Numbered from the stretch's first letter, positions 1-15,438 are shown. The stretch: 64,000 nucleotides of DNA from Escherichia coli (GCF_048403405.1 NZ_CP183129.1); one strand, 5' to 3'. Made by a program: numbers and translations. Notes: generated by a model from the sequence alone, not told the origin.

Positions 1-244
1 GCGCTTAGTTCGCCAGCCTGAGCATAAGAATTGTTTCGACGGATTTCACAAACCAAAGATTGTTTACATAATCGGATTAACACGCGCAGGATCACAAATG
101 CAGGCATTGGTGAGCAGGAAAAAGATCGTGTTTACGCGCCGTTACGTTTTTAACACTATTATTGCACTAATTCGCCCTTTGCAATCCATCAATGAGTAGT
201 ATAAATACGCTCAGTTACCTTCATTCAATCTATGGACACCACCG

Positions 245-1402
245 TTGAAACGTAGTCTGCTTTTTTCTGCCGTGCTGTGTGCGGCGTCATTGACCTCCGT
301 CCATGCGGCGCAGCCGATCACTGAACCGGAGTTCGCCTCTGATATTGTCGATCGTTATGCCGATCATATTTTTTACGGCAGCGGTGCCACGGGGATGGCG
401 CTGGTTGTTATCGACGGTAACCAGCGCGTCTTTCGCAGTTATGGCGAAACGCGACCTGGTAATAACGTTCGCCCGCAGCTGGATTCGGTCATACGTATTG
501 CTTCCCTCACCAAGCTAATGACCAGTGAGATGCTGGTGAAATTGCTCGACCAGGGGACCGTGAAGTTAAACGATCCGCTAAGTAAATATGCTCCGCCAGG
601 CGCACGCGTGCCAACCTACAATGGGACGCCCATTACGCTGGTGAATCTGGCAACCCATACCAGCGCCCTGCCCCGTGAACAGCCCGGTGGCGCGGCACAT
701 CGTCCGGTATTTGTCTGGCCAACGCGCGAGCAACGCTGGAAATACCTTTCCACTGCCAAACTAAAAGCCGCGCCGGGCAGCCAGGCCGCGTACTCCAACC
801 TCGCATTCGATCTGCTGGCAGATGCACTGGCGAATGCGTCCGGCAAGCCTTATACCCAGTTGTTTGAAGAGCAGATTACCCGTCCATTGGGGATGAAAGA
901 CACCACCTACACCCCCTCGCCGGACCAGTGCCGCCGTTTAATGGTTGCAGAGCGCGGTGCCAGTCCATGCAATAACACGCTGGCGGCAATTGGCAGCGGC
1001 GGCGTCTATTCCACGCCTGGCGATATGATGCGCTGGATGCAGCAGTATTTGTCATCTGATTTTTATCAGCGCAGTAACCAGGCTGATCGCATGCAGACGT
1101 TGATTTATCAGCGAGCGCAGTTTACAAAAGTGATTGGCATGGATGTCCCCGGCAAAGCGGATGCGCTTGGTTTAGGCTGGGTATATATGGCCCCGAAAGA
1201 GGGTCGTCCAGGGATTATTCAGAAGACAGGTGGTGGTGGCGGTTTCATTACCTATATGGCGATGATCCCGCAGAAGAACATTGGCGCATTTGTGGTGGTC
1301 ACTCGTTCGCCATTGACGCGCTTTAAAAATATGAGCGATGGCATCAATGACCTGGTGACCGAACTGAGCGGGAATAAACCGTTGGTCATCCCCGCGTCCT
1401 GA
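245..1402 (+). CDS. ampH: AmpH, class C beta-lactamase-like penicillin-binding protein
   Basis: 385-aa ORF with TTG start, N-terminal signal peptide and SLTK (S-x-x-K) active-site motif; matches recalled AmpH sequence. Confidence 0.9.
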   Translation: MKRSLLFSAVLCAASLTSVHAAQPITEPEFASDIVDRYADHIFYGSGATGMALVVIDGNQRVFRSYGETRPGNNVRPQLDSVIRIASLTKLMTSEMLVKLLDQGTVKLNDPLSKYAPPGARVPTYNGTPITLVNLATHTSALPREQPGGAAHRPVFVWPTREQRWKYLSTAKLKAAPGSQAAYSNLAFDLLADALANASGKPYTQLFEEQITRPLGMKDTTYTPSPDQCRRLMVAERGASPCNNTLAAIGSGGVYSTPGDMMRWMQQYLSSDFYQRSNQADRMQTLIYQRAQFTKVIGMDVPGKADALGLGWVYMAPKEGRPGIIQKTGGGGGFITYMAMIPQKNIGAFVVVTRSPLTRFKNMSDGINDLVTELSGNKPLVIPAS

Positions 1403-2085
<683 letters not shown>

Positions 2086-2099
2086 AACCTATTTCTTCA

Positions 2100-5060
<2,961 letters not shown>

Positions 5061-5585
5061 TTGTCATCCCTCCTCAGGGACGTAATAAGTTGATCCATCA
5101 ATTATCAATGCATAGAAAACATATTATGTTTCGCGTTGACGATTATGCGGCGTTATAGAGGAATGGTTCAATTATTCTTTCCCCTAAGTCCGATTGCGGA
5201 CATATATAAAGCACGTGAACACACACACAGAAAGAAATAACAAAAACACAATATTTCAATACGTTAATGAAAGCGTTAATTTTAAAACATAGACCATGAA
5301 AATATAAAACAACTAAAACAGACAAATAATGTATCAATAAGCAATGAACTTTAAGTTATTCGCTTTTTGAAAACGTCACCAAATCCCCAAAAACAATAAT
5401 CTATGGCTATAAATAAAAATTAAAAATATTTTCAGTGAATATGAAATTATTGCTATTTCTTTTACAAAGATGTCCTGGCCTCTCTTCCATTCTCTTCTTG
5501 TCAACATCGCGACAACTTTCGTAAAACATCCCCACCCTGCTTCAGGTATACTATGCCCCTCGATTCCACAAACATCAGGCAGACC

Positions 5586-6560
5586 ATGACAGACTTAATC
5601 CAACGCCCTCGTCGCCTGCGCAAATCTCCTGCGCTGCGCGCTATGTTTGAAGAGACAACACTTAGCCTTAACGACCTGGTGTTGCCGATCTTTGTTGAAG
5701 AAGAAATTGACGACTACAAAGCCGTTGAAGCCATGCCAGGCGTGATGCGCATTCCAGAGAAACATCTGGCACGCGAAATTGAACGCATCGCCAACGCCGG
5801 TATTCGTTCCGTAATGACTTTCGGCATCTCTCACCATACCGATGAAACCGGCAGCGACGCCTGGCGGGAAGATGGACTGGTGGCGCGTATGTCGCGCATC
5901 TGCAAGCAGACTGTGCCAGAAATGATCGTCATGTCAGACACTTGTTTCTGTGAATACACTTCTCACGGTCACTGCGGTGTGCTGTGCGAGCATGGCGTCG
6001 ACAACGACGCGACTCTGGAAAATTTAGGCAAGCAAGCCGTGGTTGCAGCTGCTGCAGGCGCAGACTTCATCGCCCCTTCCGCCGCGATGGACGGCCAGGT
6101 ACAGGCAATTCGCCAGGCGCTGGACGCTGCGGGCTTTAAAGACACGGCGATTATGTCGTATTCGACCAAGTTCGCCTCCTCCTTTTATGGCCCGTTCCGT
6201 GAAGCTGCCGGCAGCGCATTAAAAGGCGACCGCAAAAGCTATCAGATGAACCCAATGAACCGTCGTGAGGCGATTCGTGAGTCACTGCTGGATGAAGCCC
6301 AGGGCGCAGACTGCCTGATGGTGAAACCAGCTGGAGCGTACCTCGACATCGTGCGTGAGCTGCGTGAACGTACTGAATTGCCGATTGGCGCGTATCAGGT
6401 GAGCGGTGAGTATGCGATGATTAAGTTCGCCGCGCTGGCGGGTGCTATAGATGAAGAGAAAGTCGTGCTCGAAAGCTTAGGTTCGATTAAGCGTGCGGGT
6501 GCGGATCTGATTTTCAGCTACTTTGCGCTGGATTTGGCTGAGAAGAAGATTCTGCGTTAA
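5586..6560 (+). CDS. hemB: porphobilinogen synthase (ALA dehydratase)
   Basis: 324 aa from internal ATG at 5586 ([13 protein letters not shown]...); ORF-track start 5553 is an upstream extension. Confidence 0.95.
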
Positions 6561-6570
6561 TGTTCATTAT

Positions 6571-6594
6571 GCCGGGTTATCCAACCCGGCATTT
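6571..6594. terminator. hairpin between convergent hemB and tauD
   Basis: gccgggtt/aacccggc 8-bp stem followed by attt, immediately after hemB stop. Confidence 0.5.
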
Positions 6595-6599
6595 CCCCC

Positions 6600-7451
6600 T
6601 TACCCCGCCCGATAAAACGGTTTATCCCCAAGGATCGTCGCCCGATGCATAATCCGCCGCTGTGGCAGGTAATCCGCATTGGCATAGTGCTGAGTCACGC
6701 GATTATCCCAAATCGCAATATCATTCGGTTGCCAGCGCCAGCGCACCTGAAACTCCGGTTTGGTGATATGGGCAAACAAAAAACTTAACAAGGCTTCGCT
6801 CTCTTTCTCGCTGACATCAACAATTCGCGTAGTAAAGCCTTCATTCACAAACAGCGCCTGTTTACCGCTCACCGGATGCGTTCGCACCACCGGATGTAGC
6901 AACGGCGGGTTTTTCGCGACCGCCTCGCGCCAGCGTTGATGCTCCTCCTCGGTTTTGCGGTATTTGTATTCCGGGAACGATTTACGGAAATCATGCTCCG
7001 CACGCAGCCCGCTCAGCAGTTGGCGGAAGGGAACAGAGAGCGCCTCATAGGCCGCAATACCGCTGGTCCAGAGCGTATCGCCGCCGGTCGAGGGTAACTC
7101 TTTTGCCGCCAGAATCGCCCCTGCGGGTGGCGTTTCAATAAATGTCACATCGGTATGCCAGTTGTCGTTATCCGGCGGATTATCGTTATGAGTATCCAGC
7201 ACGATGATCTCGTCAACCCCTTCGGCATGAGGGTAAACAGGGTGAATATGCAGTTCGCCAAAACGCTGGGCCAGCGCGCGTTGCTGCTGCGGCGTAATAG
7301 CTTGATCGCGCAGAAACACCACCTGATGGCGCAGCACCGCATGGTAAAGCTGTTCAAACTGATTATCGCTTAACGGGCGCGTCAGGTCGGCACCCGAAAT
7401 TTGTGCGCCAATATACGGCCCCAGCGGGGTAATGCTCAGACGTTCACTCAT
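6600..7451 (-). CDS. tauD: taurine dioxygenase, 2-oxoglutarate dependent
   Basis: 283-aa ORF; TauD/TfdA family sequence; last gene of tauABCD. Confidence 0.95.
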
Positions 7452-8275
7452 TGTACTTCTCCATGCCAGGGCGTCAGGCGGCGCTGTAACGCGCGCAAAC
7501 CCAGTTCTAAAAGAAAAGCGATAATCGCAATCACCGCGATCCCCGCCAGCACCACGTCAGTCGCGAGAAATTCACCCGCTGACTGAACCATAAATCCTAA
7601 ACCGCGCGTCGCGGCAATCAGCTCCGCCGCTACCAGCGTAGACCAGCCCACACCCAGACCAATGCGTAATCCGGTGAGGATTTCCGGCAGCGCGCCGGGC
7701 AAAATGACAAACCACAGCACCTGCGCACGACTGGCACCCAGCGACTGGGCGGCACGAATGCGAACCTGCTGCGCGCTTTTCACCCCCGCCAGCGCCGACA
7801 TCGCCACCGGTGCAAAAATCGCTAAATAGATCAGTAAGATCTTCGAGGTTTCACCAATACCAAACCAGATCACCATCAGCGGCAAATACGCCAGCGGCGG
7901 CACCGGACGATAAAGCTCGATTACCGGATCCAGAATGCCGCGCACCGTCGGGCTTAGTCCCATGGCGATCCCGACCGGAATGCCGATCAACACCGCCGCA
8001 AGTAGCGCCAGCACAATGCGCGTCAGGCTGGCTGCAAGATGCTGCCACAGGGTGGCGTCCATAAATCCCTGCGGCCCGGCAATGGTGAGCAGTTTTGCCA
8101 GTACCTGTTGCGGTGGCGGCAAAAACAGCGGGCTAATCAGGTGCAGCGCCGCCACTGCCCACCATACAGTGAGTAAAATCGCTAACGTGCCAATGCTTAA
8201 GGTCACCTGACGCGAGAGCGGCCAGCGCCATTTCAGCCGACGCGAATGCAGTTTTTCATTAATGAGCACACTCAT
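7448..8275 (-). CDS. tauC: taurine ABC transporter permease
   Basis: 275-aa polytopic membrane ORF; 4-nt overlap with tauD and tauB. Confidence 0.95.
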   Translation of the reverse strand: MSVLINEKLHSRRLKWRWPLSRQVTLSIGTLAILLTVWWAVAALHLISPLFLPPPQQVLAKLLTIAGPQGFMDATLWQHLAASLTRIVLALLAAVLIGIPVGIAMGLSPTVRGILDPVIELYRPVPPLAYLPLMVIWFGIGETSKILLIYLAIFAPVAMSALAGVKSAQQVRIRAAQSLGASRAQVLWFVILPGALPEILTGLRIGLGVGWSTLVAAELIAATRGLGFMVQSAGEFLATDVVLAGIAVIAIIAFLLELGLRALQRRLTPWHGEVQ

Positions 8276-9039
8276 GAGAATGCCTCCCGTTGCTCAAATA
8301 CGCGGCTTAAAACATATTCGCGCATGGCGATGAATTGTGGATCGGACTTGATGCTGCGGCTCGGTTCCCCGGCAACAAAGCGGCGGGCGAAGTTGAGCGG
8401 CAGCCGCTCCAGCACGCGGCCTGGGCCGGGTGAAAGCAGAACCAGTTCAGTCGCCATAAACACCGCTTCTTCTATATCGTGGGTAATCAACAGCACCTGC
8501 TTGCCCGTCTCCTGCCAGAGTTTCAGCAGCAGGGTTTGCATCTGGTCGCGGGTGAAGGCGTCCAGCGCACCAAACGGTTCATCGAGTAATAACAGCTGGG
8601 GATTTGCCGCCAGCGCGCGGGCAATCCCCACCCGCTGACGTTGACCGCCGGAAAGCTGCCAGATGTAGCGTTTTTCTGCCCCTTCCAGCCCCACTTTTTT
8701 CAGCATCTGGTGCGCGATTTCCAGTCGCTGCATTTTCTCAACACCTGCCAGTTGCAGGCCGAACGCCACGTTGTCCCGTACATTGCGCCACGGTAGCAGC
8801 CCTTCATTCTGAAAAACTACGCCACGCTCTGCTCCCGGCCCCTCAATGCGTTTGCCCGCCAGTTGAATACTGCCGTGCTGATAAGGCACAAAACCGGCAA
8901 TCAGATTCAGCAGGGTGGTTTTACCGCAGCCGGACGGCCCCAGCACCACCAGTAGCTCACCGCTTTCCAGCGTCAGGTTGATATCTTCCAGTGCCGGTTT
9001 GCCGCCATAATCGGCGTAAAGATGAGAGATTTGCAGCAT
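8272..9039 (-). CDS. tauB: taurine ABC transporter ATP-binding protein
   Basis: 255-aa ORF with Walker A (GPSGCGKTT), ABC signature (LSGGQRQR) and Walker B. Confidence 0.95.
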   Translation of the reverse strand: MLQISHLYADYGGKPALEDINLTLESGELLVVLGPSGCGKTTLLNLIAGFVPYQHGSIQLAGKRIEGPGAERGVVFQNEGLLPWRNVRDNVAFGLQLAGVEKMQRLEIAHQMLKKVGLEGAEKRYIWQLSGGQRQRVGIARALAANPQLLLLDEPFGALDAFTRDQMQTLLLKLWQETGKQVLLITHDIEEAVFMATELVLLSPGPGRVLERLPLNFARRFVAGEPSRSIKSDPQFIAMREYVLSRVFEQREAFS

Positions 9040-9051
9040 CTGCGCCTCCTT

Positions 9052-10014
9052 TTATTGCACGAAGCGCGAGGTCACGTACTGGCTGTAATCGTTCGCTACA
9101 GCCGGGACTTTGCCCTGCTCTTTCAAAAACTGCGCGGTGTCGATGATCGCTTTGTTCACCGATCCGGTCAGTTCTGCCGTTTGCTGCTGCGGCGTCAGAT
9201 AGGTATTCCCCTTCACCAGCCCCGGAACGTCACCTTCAGGCACGCCGCTTAACCGCGCCAGTTTGCTGATGTTTTCAGGCTGTTTCAGCCACGCGTCTGG
9301 GTTAGCAATGTACGGTTGCTGAGCATCGATGGCGCTTTTAGCGAACGCTTTCACGACCTCAGGATGTTTCTCGGCAAAATCTTTGCGCACTACCCAGACA
9401 TCCAGCGTCGGCGCGCCCCACTGCCCGACCTGTTCAGAATCGGTCAGCACCTTGCCGTCTTTTTCCAGGGCGTTAACCGCCGGTGCCCAGACATAAGCAC
9501 CATCAATGTCTCCCCGTTGCCATGCGGCGATAATCGCGGGTGGCTGCAGGTTCACTATCTCCACTTGTCCGGGTTTTATACCCCAGTGTTTCAGCGCCGC
9601 CAGCAGGCTGTAGTGGGTGGTGGAGATAAACGGTACGGCGATGCGTTTGCCAATGAGATCTTCCGGTTTGCTGATAGTTTTCTTTACCACCAGCGCTTCG
9701 GAGTTACCCAGTTTTGACGCCAGTAAGAAGACTTCAATCGGCACCTGTTGGCTGGCTGCCACCGCTAATGGGCTGGAACCGAGGTTACCGATTTGGACAT
9801 CGCCTGAAGCCAGCGCCCGCACGATGCTGGCTCCGCTGTCAAACTTACGCCAGTCCACCGTCGCCCCGCTCTCTTTAGCAAAGGTGTTATCAGCCTGAGC
9901 CACTTTCGCCGGTTCAGCGGAGGTTTGATAGGCCACGGTGACGTTCACCGCCTGTGCCTGAAAAGCGATGAATGCCAGTGCGGCAAGAAGTGTGTTACGC
10001 GATGAAATTGCCAT
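9052..10014 (-). CDS. tauA: taurine ABC transporter periplasmic binding protein
   Basis: 320 aa from ATG at 10014 (MAISSRNTLL..., signal peptide) preceded by GGGGAG SD; ORF-track start 10071 is an extension. Confidence 0.9.
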   Translation of the reverse strand: MAISSRNTLLAALAFIAFQAQAVNVTVAYQTSAEPAKVAQADNTFAKESGATVDWRKFDSGASIVRALASGDVQIGNLGSSPLAVAASQQVPIEVFLLASKLGNSEALVVKKTISKPEDLIGKRIAVPFISTTHYSLLAALKHWGIKPGQVEIVNLQPPAIIAAWQRGDIDGAYVWAPAVNALEKDGKVLTDSEQVGQWGAPTLDVWVVRKDFAEKHPEVVKAFAKSAIDAQQPYIANPDAWLKQPENISKLARLSGVPEGDVPGLVKGNTYLTPQQQTAELTGSVNKAIIDTAQFLKEQGKVPAVANDYSQYVTSRFVQ

Positions 10015-10594
10015 GATTGTCTGCTCCCCTGTCTTGTTATAGGAGCAGTATTCAGGAATAAAAACATTCATTAAAAGAATTAGTCGTTATCGCACAGATG
10101 ATTTTATTCTTAGCAAAAAAGCGGCAAAGGAAAGATTAAATATGCAATTACACCCACTCTGACAATTCAGTAAGTTACTGCACTTCATTTTTATTAATGC
10201 ATAAACAAGCAGAACATAATGTCTTTTATTTTATTAACAGCAATACATATAATGAAATCATTATATTCACATTGCATATATAACTGTATCATTCTCAATC
10301 AACCACATAATACATTCACATAATGTATATAATCCATATTTGTGCCTAGAACATATTTTTAATATGTAATTAATTGACAAACTAAATCACATCTAAATAC
10401 AATATATAAAACAAAATAACTATACAAACCAAACACACAAACACTTAACATATGAACTACATAAAAGATTACGCAGTCGTATCCCCGTACCTGAAAGCCC
10501 CTTATTTTTCAGCTATCAGTAATTTTTAACACTTAAAAATTAGCATCTGTCTGTGCCAGAGATTACGTCTCTGCGGGCATCGTTGTGCTTGTAG

Positions 10595-10600
10595 TATAAT
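10595..10600 (+). promoter_or_regulatory. candidate -10 hexamer (TATAAT) upstream of yaiS
   Basis: perfect TATAAT about 22 nt upstream of yaiS GTG; no convincing -35. Confidence 0.3.
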
Positions 10601-10622
10601 AAATAAAATGGAGTGTCATTAA

Positions 10623-11294
10623 GTGGATAAGGTTTTAGATTCAGCCATCCTTTCTTCGGCAAATAAAAGAAAGGGTATCCTTGCTATTGGCGCACATCCT
10701 GACGATATAGAATTGGGCTGTGGCGCGTCGCTTGCTCGTCTTGCGCAAAAAGGAATTTATATCGCAGCCGTGGTGATGACTACCGGCAACTCTGGCACAG
10801 ATGGAATAATCGATCGCCATGAAGAATCGCGCAACGCCCTAAAGATATTAGGGTGCCACCAAACTATTCATCTTAATTTTGCTGACACCCGCGCGCATTT
10901 GCAGCTCAATGATATGATTTCCGCCCTGGAAGACATCATTAAAAATCAAATTCCTTCTGATGTTGAAATCATGCGGGTATATACCATGCATGATGCCGAC
11001 CGCCATCAGGATCATCTTGCTGTTTATCAAGCTTCAATGGTTGCCTGCCGAACTATTCCACAAATTCTCGGCTACGAAACCCCAAGCACCTGGCTTTCAT
11101 TTATGCCTCAGGTTTTTGAATCCGTTAAAGAAGAATATTTCACAGTCAAACTTGCTGCATTAAAAAAACATAAAAGCCAGGAACGACGCGATTATATGCG
11201 TCATGATCGCCTGCGTGCAGTTGCACAATTTCGCGGGCAACAGGTCAATAGCGATCTGGGTGAAGGCTTTGTAATTCATAAAATGATTCTTTGA
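10623..11294 (+). CDS. yaiS: PIG-L/LmbE-family N-acetylglucosaminyl deacetylase
   Basis: 223-aa ORF from GTG with GGAG SD 9 nt upstream; AHPDDIELGCG motif; exact start uncertain. Confidence 0.8.
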   Translation: MDKVLDSAILSSANKRKGILAIGAHPDDIELGCGASLARLAQKGIYIAAVVMTTGNSGTDGIIDRHEESRNALKILGCHQTIHLNFADTRAHLQLNDMISALEDIIKNQIPSDVEIMRVYTMHDADRHQDHLAVYQASMVACRTIPQILGYETPSTWLSFMPQVFESVKEEYFTVKLAALKKHKSQERRDYMRHDRLRAVAQFRGQQVNSDLGEGFVIHKMIL

Positions 11295-11303
11295 GCAAAT
11301 TGC

Positions 11304-12500
11304 ATGAAAACCTGGATATTTATCTGTATGTCCATAGCAATGTTGCTATGGTTTTTAAGTACGCTAAAACGTAAACCCAGTCAAAAGAAAGGCTGTATTG
11401 ACGCCATTATACCTGCTTATAACGAAGGCCCGTGTCTGGCACAGTCACTGGATAATCTGCTGCGTAATCCTTATTTTTGCCGGGTAATTTGCGTAAACGA
11501 CGGCTCCACGGACAATACCGAAGCGGTCATGGCGGAAGTCAAACGCAAATGGGGCGACCGCTTTGTTGCCGTCACGCAAAAAAATACCGGTAAAGGTGGT
11601 GCGCTGATGAATGGCCTCAATTACGCCACCTGCGACCAGGTTTTTTTAAGTGATGCCGACACCTATGTTCCGCCCGATCAAGACGGAATGGGCTATATGC
11701 TTGCAGAAATAGAGCGCGGTGCTGATGCCGTAGGCGGCATTCCCTCTACTGCGTTGAAAGGCGCGGGTCTGTTACCGCACATCCGCGCGACCGTAAAGTT
11801 GCCGATGATTGTTATGAAGCGCACGCTACAGCAGCTCCTGGGCGGCGCACCGTTTATTATCAGCGGTGCCTGCGGGATGTTCCGTACTGATGTATTGCGT
11901 AAGTTCGGTTTCTCTGATCGTACTAAAGTCGAAGACCTTGATCTCACCTGGACATTGGTGGCAAACGGCTATCGTATTCGGCAGGCGAATCGCTGCATCG
12001 TATACCCACAGGAATGCAACAGCCCGCGTGAGGAATGGCGTCGCTGGCGGCGTTGGATTGTGGGCTACGCGGTCTGTATGCGCCTGCATAAAAGGCTTTT
12101 ATTTAGCCGCTTCGGTATCTTCAGTATATTTCCTATGCTGTTGGTTGTGCTTTATGGCGTTGGGATTTATCTCACTACCTGGTTTAATGAATTCATCACC
12201 ACCGGGCCGCATGGTGTGGTGTTGGCAATGTTTCCGCTTATCTGGGTCGGCGTAGTTTGTGTTATTGGTGCTTTTAGCGCCTGGTTTCATCGTTGCTGGT
12301 TGTTGGTGCCTTTAGCACCGCTTTCCGTTGTGTATGTATTATTAGCTTATGCCATCTGGATTATTTATGGACTTATTGCCTTTTTTACTGGACGCGAACC
12401 TCAGCGCGACAAACCCACCCGCTATTCCGCACTGGTGGAAGCGTCAACCTCTTATTCCCAACCTTCTGTCACAGGAACTGAAAAACTTTCTGAAGCTTAA
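11304..12500 (+). CDS. yaiP: family-2 glycosyltransferase, membrane-embedded, processive-synthase-like
   Basis: 398-aa ORF; N-terminal TM helix, GT2 DxD region (LSDADTY), R-R-W-R-R-W motif resembling QxxRW, C-terminal TM helices. Confidence 0.85.
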   Translation: MKTWIFICMSIAMLLWFLSTLKRKPSQKKGCIDAIIPAYNEGPCLAQSLDNLLRNPYFCRVICVNDGSTDNTEAVMAEVKRKWGDRFVAVTQKNTGKGGALMNGLNYATCDQVFLSDADTYVPPDQDGMGYMLAEIERGADAVGGIPSTALKGAGLLPHIRATVKLPMIVMKRTLQQLLGGAPFIISGACGMFRTDVLRKFGFSDRTKVEDLDLTWTLVANGYRIRQANRCIVYPQECNSPREEWRRWRRWIVGYAVCMRLHKRLLFSRFGIFSIFPMLLVVLYGVGIYLTTWFNEFITTGPHGVVLAMFPLIWVGVVCVIGAFSAWFHRCWLLVPLAPLSVVYVLLAYAIWIIYGLIAFFTGREPQRDKPTRYSALVEASTSYSQPSVTGTEKLSEA

Positions 12501-13059
12501 TGTTAAAGAGAAAAATATTCAGATTGCAGACCAGGTAATTATTGATGAAACTGCAGGTGAAGTTGTTATCGGCGCGAATACCCGTATTTGTCACGGTGCC
12601 GTTATTCAGGGTCCGGTAGTGATTGGCGCAAACTGCCTGATAGGTAATTATGCGTTTATTCGTCCTGGCACAATAATCAGCAATGGCGTAAAAATTGGCT
12701 TCGCCACCGAAATTAAAAATGCGGTTATTGAAGCGGAAGCAACGATTGGTCCGCAATGCTTTATTGCCGACTCGGTAGTTGCAAACCAGGCATATTTGGG
12801 CGCACAAGTACGAACCAGTAATCATCGTCTGGATGAACAGCCCGTGTCTGTTCGAACTCCCGAGGGAATTATCGCTACCGGATGCGATAAATTAGGTTGT
12901 TATATCGGGCAGCGTTCACGCCTTGGCGTACAAGTTATTATTTTGCCTGGGCGAATTATTTCCCCGAACACGCAACTTGGCCCGCGCGTGATTGTAGAAC
13001 GTAATTTACCTACCGGAACTTATTCACTCCGACAAGAACTTATCCGTACAGGAGATTAA
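12349..13059 (+). CDS. yaiX: hexapeptide-repeat (LbH) acyltransferase YaiX, intact
   Basis: repeated [LIV]-G-x-x-x-x hexapeptides; start uncertain: the only in-frame ATGs (12349, 12367) lie inside the yaiP 3-prime end. Confidence 0.65.
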   Translation: MPSGLFMDLLPFLLDANLSATNPPAIPHWWKRQPLIPNLLSQELKNFLKLNVKEKNIQIADQVIIDETAGEVVIGANTRICHGAVIQGPVVIGANCLIGNYAFIRPGTIISNGVKIGFATEIKNAVIEAEATIGPQCFIADSVVANQAYLGAQVRTSNHRLDEQPVSVRTPEGIIATGCDKLGCYIGQRSRLGVQVIILPGRIISPNTQLGPRVIVERNLPTGTYSLRQELIRTGD

Positions 13060-13060
13060 A

Positions 13061-13834
13061 ATGATAAAACGGACGTTATTAGCGGCGGCCATTTTTAGCG
13101 CATTACCCGCTTATGCCGGGTTAACTTCCATTACCGCGGGCTACGATTTTACCGATTATTCTGGCGATCATGGCAACCGTAATTTAGCGTATGCTGAACT
13201 GGTGGCGAAAGTTGAAAACGCAACGCTGCTTTTTAATCTTTCCCAGGGGCGTCGTGATTATGAAACTGAACATTTCAATGCCACTCGCGGTCAGGGTGCG
13301 GTCTGGTATAAATGTAATAACTGGCTGACAACCCGAACGGGTATTGCCTTTGCGGATAATACGCCGGTCTTTGCCCGCCAGGATTTTCGTCAGGATATTA
13401 ACCTGGCACTGTTGCCAAAAACGCTTTTCACGACCGGTTATCGCTACACTAAATATTACGATGATGTCGAAGTCGATGCCTGGCAAGGCGGCGTATCACT
13501 CTATACTGGCCCGGTGATCTCCAGCTACCGCTATACCCATTATGACTCCAGCGATGCAGGTGGTAGTTACAGCAATATGATTTCCGTGCGTCTGAATGAC
13601 CCGCGCGGCACTGGTTATACGCAACTATGGCTAAGCCGCGGAACAGGCGCTTACACCTATGACTGGACGCCAGAAACACGCTACGGCAGCATGAAGAGCG
13701 TCAGTTTGCAACGTATTCAACCGCTGACTGAGCAACTTAATCTCGGGCTGACGGCAGGTAAAGTGTGGTACGACACCCCAACTGATGATTATAACGGTCT
13801 GCAATTTGCAGCCCATCTGACCTGGAAATTCTGA
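13061..13834 (+). CDS. yaiO: outer-membrane beta-barrel protein YaiO
   Basis: 257-aa ORF with signal peptide, alternating aromatic beta-strand pattern, C-terminal F; AGGAG SD at 13050. Confidence 0.85.
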   Translation: MIKRTLLAAAIFSALPAYAGLTSITAGYDFTDYSGDHGNRNLAYAELVAKVENATLLFNLSQGRRDYETEHFNATRGQGAVWYKCNNWLTTRTGIAFADNTPVFARQDFRQDINLALLPKTLFTTGYRYTKYYDDVEVDAWQGGVSLYTGPVISSYRYTHYDSSDAGGSYSNMISVRLNDPRGTGYTQLWLSRGTGAYTYDWTPETRYGSMKSVSLQRIQPLTEQLNLGLTAGKVWYDTPTDDYNGLQFAAHLTWKF

Positions 13835-13943
13835 TTGCTTCTGCCGCCCGCTATCCGGGGCGGCCTTCCCTGCCGATTAGCCCCCCCTTTCCTCTTTGTT
13901 TTCCGACCACATTCACCGGATAAATTTTATTCTCCAGTGTTAT

Positions 13944-13992
13944 ATACTATAGGGGGGTATGTATTGACACATGGCATACCCCCCTATAGTAT
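13944..13992 (+). promoter_or_regulatory. frmRAB promoter/operator: 18-bp perfect inverted repeat with embedded TTGACA
   Basis: atactataggggggtatg (13944-13961) and its exact reverse complement (13975-13992) flank ttgaca at 13964-13969, 26 nt upstream of frmR. Confidence 0.6.
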
Positions 13993-14018
13993 ATTGCGTG
14001 CAGATGATGAGGTGCGAA

Positions 14019-14294
14019 ATGCCCAGTACTCCGGAAGAGAAGAAAAAGGTCCTTACTCGAGTTCGTCGTATTCGGGGGCAGATTGATGCTCTGGAACGGT
14101 CGCTGGAGGGTGATGCCGAATGCCGTGCCATACTCCAACAGATCGCTGCCGTTCGGGGCGCGGCTAACGGGCTGATGGCAGAAGTGCTTGAAAGCCATAT
14201 CCGGGAAACGTTTGACCGAAATGACTGCTACAGCCGCGAAGTCAGCCAATCCGTTGACGACACTATTGAACTGGTTCGTGCCTATCTTAAATAG
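14019..14294 (+). CDS. frmR: formaldehyde-responsive repressor FrmR (CsoR/RcnR family)
   Basis: 91 aa from ATG 14019 ([15 protein letters not shown]...); ORF-track start 13971 is an extension. Confidence 0.9.
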
Positions 14295-14298
14295 CTGA

Positions 14299-15438
<1,140 letters not shown>

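Noticed and set aside
5143..5337. 64-aa minus-strand ORF in the yaiT-hemB intergenic region
   Set aside because: Sits in very AT-rich non-coding DNA, has no SD, and its translation is low-complexity.
13844..13864. GC hairpin after yaiO as its terminator
   Set aside because: Stem gccgccc/gggcggc is present but not followed by a U-run; too weak to call.
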